Assembly (NCBI GenBank): GCA_002315745.1
Contig: DCID01000024.1
Location: 51-64,050, forward strand
Length of the DNA: 64,000 bases
Source of the DNA: Bacteroidales bacterium UBA1735
Lineage (GTDB): Bacteria > Bacteroidota > Bacteroidia > Bacteroidales > Paludibacteraceae
Reading direction: 5' to 3'
Of the stretch, positions 56,710 to 64,000 are shown one piece after another. Below the pieces are notes generated by a model. That model did no database searches. It saw only the letters and a list, made by a program, of their open reading frames with translations, and was not told the DNA's origin. Numbering within the stretch: position 1 is the first letter of the stretch; each line of letters starts with the position of its first letter. Made by a program: the position numbers and the translations under genes.

Positions 56710-57424
56710 ACCCAGCGATTGGCTCATTGCCTCGCACTATGACGCATCTACCCTGCGCGAACGTATGCACATCGAACTTGTCGAAATCCCTATCGAGGAA
56801 GTAACCTCTTTGGGTGAGGTAGAAGGTGGCGAACAAGGTGCCTTAGTTATCTACGAGCGCCTTCGCGCCATTGTTGACCAATACCAACTCAATGGATTAA
56901 CGCTGCGTTGCTTTGACCTATTAACCACTGTCAAAAACACAGGCTGTATCGCTTTGGCTAAACTCAATGCCGAAGGTATACCCGCTGCGTGCGAAGGAGA
57001 TGTCCCTACCCTCATCACGATGATGATGGCGAAGAACATCACAGGTTGCCCCGGTTTCCAATGCAACCCCGCCCGCGTGAACACCGAGACAGGACAGATG
57101 CTATGGGCACACTGCACCATACCTTATAACATGGTCGAGTCCTACACCTTGGACACCCACTTTGAGTCGGGTATAGGCGTCGCCATCCATGGCGAACTGC
57201 CCTTAGGTGACTATACATTAGTCAAAGTCAGTGGTGACCTCAGCCGTATCTTTGCCGAGGATGTGCAACTCACACGCAACCAGTACGAACCCAACCTCTG
57301 CCGCACACAGGTATGGCTACAAACAAAGCAGGTCATTCCGTACCTGCTTTCTAAACCGATTGCTAACCACCACGTACTCGTACGCGGTCATCATGCTCAA
57401 TCTTTCTTGAAATACTTGGGATAA
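56684..57424 (+). CDS. Fucose/arabinose-isomerase-like protein, C-terminal part
   Basis: LGLIGKPSDWLIAS, LTLRCFDLL, AACEGDVPTLITMMM and WAHCT resemble COG2407-type sugar isomerase folds. By-eye call. Confidence 0.5.
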   Translation: MDRLGLIGKPSDWLIASHYDASTLRERMHIELVEIPIEEVTSLGEVEGGEQGALVIYERLRAIVDQYQLNGLTLRCFDLLTTVKNTGCIALAKLNAEGIPAACEGDVPTLITMMMAKNITGCPGFQCNPARVNTETGQMLWAHCTIPYNMVESYTLDTHFESGIGVAIHGELPLGDYTLVKVSGDLSRIFAEDVQLTRNQYEPNLCRTQVWLQTKQVIPYLLSKPIANHHVLVRGHHAQSFLKYLG

Positions 57425-58494
57425 TTAGCCAAGAACTTCTCTACCGCTTCCGGCAGTGATCCATAGTGTTCACCGCCGGATGCGTTTTTATGCCCTCCGC
57501 CATTGAACACCTCGTGGCACATCACATTGACAGGACGATCGCCTTGGCTGCGCATCGATATCTTGACCTTGATCTTACTACCATTGGCTAACTCCACCTC
57601 CGACGGATTGACCTTATCCTCCCGCATGAAACAGGAGTAATAGATGTCCTTGATCTGCAACGGTAAGTTCACGATGCCTTCTGCATCACCCGACTGGAAA
57701 TGGAAACGATACAGTTCTTTGCGACTCAGATAAATGAACGCTGTATGGTACTCGGGGAAAATGCGCATCTTACTATATAGACAGTAACCCATCAGCCGCA
57801 TACGATCGGCCTTGTAACTATTGAACACGGCGTTATACACGGCATCCTTGTTCACGCCTAATCGTACCAAGTCTCCCACTATCTCGTACATCTCTGGGTA
57901 GTTACTATTGAACGAGAAATTGCCGGTATCCGTCATCATACCCGTATACAGACATGTGGCTGTATCTAAGTTCATGGCATCTAACCCCGCTAACTGCTGT
58001 ATCTGATAAATGAGTCGATACACGATCTCACTGGCACTCGGACTCTCCGCCAACACGATCTTGATCACCTGCTCCGCTTCGGGCACCGTCTTCTCAGCAA
58101 CCATCAGATGATGGTCTATCACGATCACCGACTTACCCGCCTTATACTGTTCCATCATCTTCGTCCCCAACGAACCGATACGATAAGGTTCATTGAAATC
58201 GGTGCAGATAATCAGATCCGCTTGTGCCAAACTGGCATCCGCTTGGTCGCGTTGGGTCTCATAGATAAGGTCTTCCTTCGCCCCAGGCATCCATGCCAAG
58301 AAATCAGGAAACGCATTAGGCACAATCACTTGCACCTGCTTACCCTGTTGTAGCAGCCATTGCCGCATACCTAAGGACGAACCCATCGCGTCCCCATCGG
58401 GAGACATATGGGTCAACACCACTATACGCTGAGCCGACTGTACCGCCGCCCACACGCGTTCAACCACTGACTTTTCTATCTTATCCGTTATCAT
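57397..58494 (-). CDS. nrnA: DHH/DHHA1 phosphoesterase (NrnA-like oligoribonuclease / pAp phosphatase)
   Basis: HMSPDGDAMGS, VIVIDHH and GGGHKNASGG. Start at MITDK (58494) downstream of the promoter. Confidence 0.8.
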   Translation of the reverse strand: MITDKIEKSVVERVWAAVQSAQRIVVLTHMSPDGDAMGSSLGMRQWLLQQGKQVQVIVPNAFPDFLAWMPGAKEDLIYETQRDQADASLAQADLIICTDFNEPYRIGSLGTKMMEQYKAGKSVIVIDHHLMVAEKTVPEAEQVIKIVLAESPSASEIVYRLIYQIQQLAGLDAMNLDTATCLYTGMMTDTGNFSFNSNYPEMYEIVGDLVRLGVNKDAVYNAVFNSYKADRMRLMGYCLYSKMRIFPEYHTAFIYLSRKELYRFHFQSGDAEGIVNLPLQIKDIYYSCFMREDKVNPSEVELANGSKIKVKISMRSQGDRPVNVMCHEVFNGGGHKNASGGEHYGSLPEAVEKFLANYPKYFKKD

Positions 58495-58510
58495 ATTGTT
58501 CAATTTTGTG

Positions 58511-58542
58511 CAAAAGTACTGCTTTTTTTTGAGATATGCAAG
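58511..58542 (-). promoter_or_regulatory. Bacteroidota-type promoter (nrnA-like), weak -33
   Basis: Minus strand -7 TActTTTG (58511-18); -33 is CTTG (58539-42). Confidence 0.5.
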
Positions 58543-58601
58543 AATCGTCAAGATTTTTTCGGGATTTTTGTCAAATACAGGTTACTTTTTTGTAGAAAAA
58601 T

Positions 58602-58632
58602 TTTGCCATATCAAAAAAATATACTACCTTTG
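58602..58632 (+). promoter_or_regulatory. Bacteroidota-type promoter of the riboswitch-btuB transcript
   Basis: -33 TTTG (58602-05) and -7 TAccTTTG (58625-32), 19-nt spacer. Confidence 0.65.
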
Positions 58633-58637
58633 CACTC

Positions 58638-58782
58638 GCAATTGGTAATGGAAGCAGGTGTAATTCCTGCACAGACCCGCTGCTGTGATTCTCATTAGGA
58701 TCGTATTGGCATCTTAAGTCACTGGTTTTCACTGGGAAGGCTACAATACGGAACTGAGATAAGTCAGAAGACAACCTCTTGC
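58638..58782 (+). promoter_or_regulatory. Cobalamin (B12) riboswitch
   Basis: GGAAGCAGGTGTAATTCCTGCACAGACCCGCTGCTGT core, B12 box AGTCACTGG...CTGGGAAGGC, AAGTCAGAAGAC. P1 GCAAttGGT / ACCtcTTGC. Confidence 0.88.
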
Positions 58783-58814
58783 ACACTTTATCGTCCTCGT
58801 GGTATAGGATAATA

Positions 58815-60839
58815 ATGAGTAAACGCAACCTATTCATACTGACTTTTGCACTTACGTGTATCTCTGCTTTCCCTCTGTCGAATGCCGAGATAGACTCTAT
58901 TTCCCGTCAGTTTGAGTTAGACGAGGTAGTGGTTAGTAGCACCACCACTACTCCTCACTCCGTCTCGATGCAAACCCTGGATGGACAAGCCCTTCAAACC
59001 CTCAATGTTCACTCCGTCGCCGACGCACTGCGCCATTTTTCGGGCGTACAGATCAAGGACTACGGCGGCGTAGGTGGACTCAAAACCATCGACATCCGCG
59101 CTATGGGTAGTCATCACCTCGGCGTCTTCTACGACGGCATAGAGATAGGTAATGCACAGAACGGGACGGTCGATCTCGGCAAGTTCTCCCTCGAGAACGT
59201 CGAATCGTTGGCACTCTTCCATGGCCAGCGAAACGAGATCTTCCAACCCGCCAAAGATTTCTCTTCTGCCAGCGCCTTATATATACGCACGCGTCGCCCG
59301 CAGTTCGCTGACGGACAGACCTTCCATATCGTCGCTACCATGAAAGCGGGTGCTTTCGGTGTTGCCAACCCTTCCCTACTCTACGAACAACGTCTGACCG
59401 ATAACCTCCATCTCAGCCTCAATGCCGAATATGCGTATGCTACCGGGCGCTACCATTTTACTATCAACCACTACACACAGGACGGCACCCTGGCGTGGGA
59501 CACCACAGGTGTTCGTCAGAATGGGGACATCCAGTCTATCCGCGCCGAAGTAGGATTATTTGGTTACCTGCCACAAGGCAAATGGCACCTCAAAGGTTAT
59601 TACTACCAGTCGGAACGAGGTATCCCTCGCGCTATCATCCGTAATGTATGGACAACGGATCAACGCCAATGGGATCGTAACGCCTTCGTGCAAACGAACT
59701 TCACCAACACTTGGAACTGCTATTCGCTGCAAGTCAATGCTAAATATAGCAACGACTACCTCCGCTACCTCAATCCCGACACCACCGCCGTCTATATCGA
59801 TCACTCCTACTTGCAGCAGGAGGTCTATCTCTCCCTCGCCAACCGATGGACACTCTTCCATTGGTGGGACTTAGCACTCAGTGCCGACTATATCTACAAC
59901 CACCTCGATGCCAATCAATATGGGGCAACGAACCACGACCGCCATACCGAACTCATTGTCGCTGCCACCGATTTTCATTATAAATGGTTGATGGCACAAG
60001 CATCGGTATTGGGTACCTTCGTACAGGATGTGAGTCAGACCGCGAATGTGTCACCCGCCGCAACACTACGGGTACAACCTTATCTGCCTGAACAGTTATA
60101 TATACAGGCTTTCTATAAGCAGAGTTTTCGTATGCCCACTTTCAATGAACTGTACTATACCGATGGCGGCATATCGAACTTGAAGCCGGAAGATGCCCGT
60201 CAGTATGATCTGGGGGTAGAATACCAAAAAAGGTGGCAGATTACAGATCACAGGTCGCAGAAGTTAGATATCGACCTACAAGCCAAAGTCGATGGGTACT
60301 TCAATCAAGTGAGCAATAAGATTGTGGCTATCCCCAAAGGGAACACCCAATATCGATGGCAGATGATGAACCTCGGGTATGTCGAAATGGGAGGCGTAGA
60401 CATCAACGCCAGTGTGCATTGTGCATGGTCAACCGTCCACCTAACTGCCTCCGGCACATACAGTTACCAACGCGCTATGGACAAGACCAACCCTTATGAC
60501 CCACTCACCTACAATGGGCAGATTGCCTATACCCCTTGGCATAGTGGTTCGGCTACCGCCAGTATAGAATGGCACGGATGGCGACTCGGCTATATCTTCA
60601 ATTATGTCGGAGAACGGTATAGCGCCTCAGCCAATATCGCAGCCAACTACGTCGCCCCTTGGGACACACACGATTTGGTACTGTCGTACCAAGTTGGAAT
60701 ACGGAATAAAGACCGCTCCGCGGATCAATTAAAGATAGCGGTGGAGTTAAACAATATCGCTAACAAACAATACGAAATAGTGAAGAACTACCCCATGCCA
60801 AGCCTGAATGGGAAAGTAGTGATTCAATATACATTATAA
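58815..60839 (+). CDS. btuB: TonB-dependent receptor (BtuB-like vitamin B12 transporter)
   Basis: Signal peptide, TonB box/plug (LDEVVVSS...), about 22-strand barrel length. Directly behind the B12 riboswitch. Confidence 0.8.
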   Translation: MSKRNLFILTFALTCISAFPLSNAEIDSISRQFELDEVVVSSTTTTPHSVSMQTLDGQALQTLNVHSVADALRHFSGVQIKDYGGVGGLKTIDIRAMGSHHLGVFYDGIEIGNAQNGTVDLGKFSLENVESLALFHGQRNEIFQPAKDFSSASALYIRTRRPQFADGQTFHIVATMKAGAFGVANPSLLYEQRLTDNLHLSLNAEYAYATGRYHFTINHYTQDGTLAWDTTGVRQNGDIQSIRAEVGLFGYLPQGKWHLKGYYYQSERGIPRAIIRNVWTTDQRQWDRNAFVQTNFTNTWNCYSLQVNAKYSNDYLRYLNPDTTAVYIDHSYLQQEVYLSLANRWTLFHWWDLALSADYIYNHLDANQYGATNHDRHTELIVAATDFHYKWLMAQASVLGTFVQDVSQTANVSPAATLRVQPYLPEQLYIQAFYKQSFRMPTFNELYYTDGGISNLKPEDARQYDLGVEYQKRWQITDHRSQKLDIDLQAKVDGYFNQVSNKIVAIPKGNTQYRWQMMNLGYVEMGGVDINASVHCAWSTVHLTASGTYSYQRAMDKTNPYDPLTYNGQIAYTPWHSGSATASIEWHGWRLGYIFNYVGERYSASANIAANYVAPWDTHDLVLSYQVGIRNKDRSADQLKIAVELNNIANKQYEIVKNYPMPSLNGKVVIQYTL

Positions 60840-60852
60840 AAAAGTTAAAAGT

Positions 60853-61962
60853 ATGAAACACCCATTTTTAGTATTAGCAGGAGTAAGCCTGCTATTAAGT
60901 GCCTGCACGCAGTCACCCATTGATCCCAACGAGCAATATGTCACGCCTATCAAAGGTCTGCACGGTATGTATCTTCTCAACGAGGGCGGATACAACATGA
61001 ACAATGCATCGTTAGACTACCTCGATTTTGAGACAGGTCTATACACGCTCAATCGCTTCACATCGGTTAATCCCACGATCATTCAAGGTTTGGGCGATGT
61101 CGGCAACGACATCTTAGTATATGGTGCCAAGACCTATATCGTCGTCAATGGTTCCAATCTCGTCGAAGTGATCCACACCCACTCCGCCCAACACCTCGCT
61201 GCCATCACCATCCCCAATGGTCGTCGCTTATGCGCAGGCAACGGCGCTATCTATGTCACATCCTACGCCGGACGTGTCATAGACACCCAGCATCAGTTAG
61301 GAAATGTGCTCCGTATCGACACCACCTCCCTCACCGTCACTGACACCTGCGAGGTCGGATACCAACCCGAAGGTATGGCAATCGTCGGCAATAACCTCTA
61401 TGTCGCTAACTCGGGCGGTTATGTGGGTATGAACACCGGTCAATACGATAATCGTCTATCCGTCATCGACTTATCCACTTTCACGCTCACCAAGCACCTC
61501 ACCATTGCCCCTAACCTACAAGATCTACTGGTGGACAGCCGTAATACCCTATGGATAGCCTCGTCGGGTAACTATAACGACACGGTCTCTAACCTCTACT
61601 CCCTCGATGCTACCGCCTCCTCCCCTACCATCACCTCGCATGGTATAGGTGTCACGAAGATGGTGATGAGCAATGATACCCTACTCTTTTACAACACCAC
61701 CTACGACGCAAACTGGAACCCCACCACGGAGTTCTTCCGTCTCGCTACCGCTACCGACCAACTCCTCCCCCTTTCACTCTCACTCTCCCTCACGCAACCC
61801 TACGCCATAACCGTCAATCCTGTTAGCCACCAGATATATGTGGCAGACGCCGGAGATTATGTCAATCCCGGCACGCTGCACTGTTTCACTCCCACCGGCA
61901 CGCATGTTTGGCAACTCCGCACCGGTGTCGTACCAGGGCACTTCGCCTTCGTCCTCAACTAA
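60853..61962 (+). CDS. Surface lipoprotein, YncE-like beta-propeller (BtuG-like candidate)
   Basis: Lipoprotein signal LLLSAC. Repeated ...YVANSGG / ...WIASSGN / ...YVADAGD blades. Position immediately after btuB. Confidence 0.5.
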   Translation: MKHPFLVLAGVSLLLSACTQSPIDPNEQYVTPIKGLHGMYLLNEGGYNMNNASLDYLDFETGLYTLNRFTSVNPTIIQGLGDVGNDILVYGAKTYIVVNGSNLVEVIHTHSAQHLAAITIPNGRRLCAGNGAIYVTSYAGRVIDTQHQLGNVLRIDTTSLTVTDTCEVGYQPEGMAIVGNNLYVANSGGYVGMNTGQYDNRLSVIDLSTFTLTKHLTIAPNLQDLLVDSRNTLWIASSGNYNDTVSNLYSLDATASSPTITSHGIGVTKMVMSNDTLLFYNTTYDANWNPTTEFFRLATATDQLLPLSLSLSLTQPYAITVNPVSHQIYVADAGDYVNPGTLHCFTPTGTHVWQLRTGVVPGHFAFVLN

Positions 61963-62043
61963 AAACCTAGAAAACCTAGAAAATCTAGAACATCTAGAAC
62001 ATCTAGAACATCTAGAACACCTAGAACATCTAGAACATCTAGA
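61963..62043. repeat. 9 x 9-bp tandem repeat (consensus ACATCTAGA)
   Basis: Nine head-to-tail units, each containing TCTAGA or CCTAGA, starting immediately after the stop codon. Confidence 0.9.
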
Positions 62044-62080
62044 AAAAAAAACGAGCACCTTCACAGATGCTCGTTTTTCT
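62044..62080. terminator. Bidirectional Rho-independent terminator
   Basis: A9-AACGAGCA-loop-TGCTCGTT-T5, between convergent genes. Confidence 0.7.
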
Positions 62081-62098
62081 TACTGGGTCTGACCCCTA

Positions 62099-64000
62099 TT
62101 ATTGCAACAGCAACTCCATCACGGTCTTGGCGCTGCGAGCAACGCTGGAACCCGGGCCAAAAATGGCGGCTACACCTGCTTTATACAGGAATTCGTAGTC
62201 CTGTGCAGGGATGACACCACCGGCGGTAACCATGATATCGGGACGTCCAAGTTTCTTCAACTCTTCGATCACCTGAGGCACTAAGGTCTTGTGACCTGCT
62301 GCCAAAGAGGATACACCCAATACGTGTACATCGTTCTCCACGGCTTGCTTAGCAGCCTCGGCTGGTGTTTGGAACAAGGGTCCCATATCCACATCGAAAC
62401 CGCAATCGGCATAACCCGTTGCTACGACTTTAGCACCACGGTCGTGTCCGTCTTGACCCATCTTAGCGATCATGATACGGGGTTGACGACCCTCTTTCTT
62501 CGCAAACTCTGCGGTGAGACGCGCAGCTTCCTGGAAGTCCGCATCATTCGTTGTACCTGCTTTATACACGCCTGAAATAGTTCTAATAGTTGCTTTATAA
62601 CGTCCAACCACTTGCTCGCAAGCGTCGGAGATCTCGCCTAATGAAGCACGCAGACCTGCTGCCTTGACAGCGAGTGCGAGGAGGTTCTCACCTTTCTTAC
62701 CATCTGCCCATGCTTGAACAGAAGCGGTGATCTCCTTCAATGCTGCTTGAACGGCTTTCTCGTCGCGGTTAGCACGGAGTTGAGCGAGACGCTCTACTTG
62801 CTCCTTGCGAACTGCCGTGTTATCTACTTCGAGGATATCAATAGGATCTTCGTGGTCGAGACGGCACTCGTTCACACCGATGATCTTCTGACTACCCGAG
62901 TCAATACGAGCCTGTGTACGTGCAGCCGCTTCCTCGATACGCATCTTAGGAATACCGGTTTCGATAGCCGCAGCCATACCGCCTAATTTCTCGATCTCTT
63001 GGATATGTGCCCAAGCCTTATCCATGATCTCCTTAGTCAGAGCCTCTACATAGTACGAACCTGCCCATGGATCAATCTGTTTGCAGACCTTCGTCTCCTC
63101 TTGGATATAGATCTGGGTGTTACGTGCAATACGTGCCGAGAAATCGGTTGGCAACGCAATAGCCTCATCCAGCGCGTTGGTGTGCAAGGACTGAGTGTGA
63201 CCCAGAGCAGCCCCCATCGCTTCGATACAAGTACGACCCACGTTGTTATACGGATCTTGCTCGGTCAGTGACCAACCCGAAGTCTGGCAGTGAGTACGCA
63301 GTGCCATCGATTTAGGATTCTTAGCACCGAAACTCTTCACAATCTTAGCCCACAACATACGACCTGCACGCATCTTGGCAATCTCCATGAAGTGGTTCAT
63401 ACCGATTGCCCAGAAGAAACTCAAACGTGGAGCGAACGTGTCCACACTCATACCTGCGTTCACACCGGCACGAAGGTACTCCATACCATCTGCTAAGGTG
63501 TAAGCGAGTTCAATATCCGCGGTTGCACCTGCCTCTTGCATGTGGTAACCGGAGATAGAGATGGAGTTGAACTTAGGCATGTTCTGCGATGTATATTCGA
63601 AGATATCAGCAATGATCTTCATCGAGAACTTAGGAGGATAGATGTAGGTATTACGCACCATGAACTCCTTCAAGATATCGTTCTGGATCGTACCAGCCAT
63701 CTCTTCGAGCGAAGCACCCTGCTCCAAACCAGCGTTGATGTAGAACGCCAGGATAGGCAGTACGGCACCGTTCATCGTCATCGAAACGGACATCTTGTTC
63801 AAAGGAATACCTGCGAACAGCACTTTCATGTCCTCGAGCGAGCAGATGGATACACCGGCTTTTCCGACGTCACCGACTACACGCATGTTATCGGCATTAT
63901 AGCCACGGTGAGTAGGCAGGTCGAAGGCTACGGACAGACCTTTCTGACCCGAAGCGAGGTTACGACGATAGAAAGCGTTGGACTCAGCCGCGGTCGAGAA
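62099..64000 (-). CDS. mutB: Methylmalonyl-CoA mutase large subunit (B12-dependent), N-terminus beyond window
   Basis: Frame stays open to 64000 (...[34 protein letters not shown]...). C-terminal B12-binding [11 protein letters not shown]. Confidence 0.9.
   Translation of the reverse strand, partial: FSTAAESNAFYRRNLASGQKGLSVAFDLPTHRGYNADNMRVVGDVGKAGVSICSLEDMKVLFAGIPLNKMSVSMTMNGAVLPILAFYINAGLEQGASLEEMAGTIQNDILKEFMVRNTYIYPPKFSMKIIADIFEYTSQNMPKFNSISISGYHMQEAGATADIELAYTLADGMEYLRAGVNAGMSVDTFAPRLSFFWAIGMNHFMEIAKMRAGRMLWAKIVKSFGAKNPKSMALRTHCQTSGWSLTEQDPYNNVGRTCIEAMGAALGHTQSLHTNALDEAIALPTDFSARIARNTQIYIQEETKVCKQIDPWAGSYYVEALTKEIMDKAWAHIQEIEKLGGMAAAIETGIPKMRIEEAAARTQARIDSGSQKIIGVNECRLDHEDPIDILEVDNTAVRKEQVERLAQLRANRDEKAVQAALKEITASVQAWADGKKGENLLALAVKAAGLRASLGEISDACEQVVGRYKATIRTISGVYKAGTTNDADFQEAARLTAEFAKKEGRQPRIMIAKMGQDGHDRGAKVVATGYADCGFDVDMGPLFQTPAEAAKQAVENDVHVLGVSSLAAGHKTLVPQVIEELKKLGRPDIMVTAGGVIPAQDYEFLYKAGVAAIFGPGSSVARSAKTVMELLLQ

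Noticed and set aside
61963-62043. Possible CRISPR array
   Set aside because: Units are 9 bp and directly abut with no spacers, and there are no cas genes. This is a minisatellite, not a CRISPR array.
61780-62092. ORFs 61780-62064 (-) and 61838-62092 (+) encoding CSRCSRCSR... / LEHLEHLEH...
   Set aside because: Both are generated by the 9-bp tandem repeat and overlap the btuG-like gene end and the terminator. There is no promoter or start context.

Overview
Chromosomal segment from a Bacteroidota (Bacteroidales-like) genome. I infer this from about 15 promoters of the -33 TTTG / -7 TAnnTTTG type with 19-20 nt spacing, the lack of Shine-Dalgarno sequences, an RseC-RnfBCDGEA operon and a B12 riboswitch-btuB-btuG-like locus. 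About 45 kb (19.6-64 kb) is ordinary core genome: rubrerythrin, M23 peptidase, ygiQ, dnaX, dnaA, MlaD-like protein, amidase, two YitT paralogues, gcvP, coaX, two acyl-CoA ligases, valS, DAHP synthase/chorismate mutase, greA, H+-PPase, psuK/psuG, lolA-like gene, ftsK, rnf, nrnA and methylmalonyl-CoA mutase. The left 19.6 kb is accessory. It holds a visibly AT-rich, ABC-transporter-type surface-polysaccharide locus (3.25-15.75 kb: GT4, three GT2, two further GT-A-like genes, TupA-like ATP-grasp, FemAB-like GNAT, acyltransferase-3, NDP-sugar dehydrogenase, orphan Wzt-like ATPase). Both sides of this locus are flanked by small cassette-like genes separated by repeated junction sequences. Downstream lie a translationally coupled AbiH-like gene, a divergent SIR2/AbiH-fold gene and a YafQ-type toxin-antitoxin pair, delimited by repeat families A and B. 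Upstream lie a GxxExxY (PD-(D/E)XK-fold) gene, a RhuM-family gene and an AAA+/DUF4143-type ATPase, each behind a copy of a ~90-125 bp promoter-bearing repeat (family C). My best candidate for an undescribed system is the AbiH-like + SIR2-like tandem fused to the glycan operon. Secondary candidates are the repeat-delimited cassette architecture, a 119-bp inverted-repeat element, and an iteron-flanked structured leader upstream of the polysaccharide operon. I recognised no rRNA, tRNA, CRISPR array, transposase or integrase. All functional calls rest on motif recognition by eye; no searches were run.
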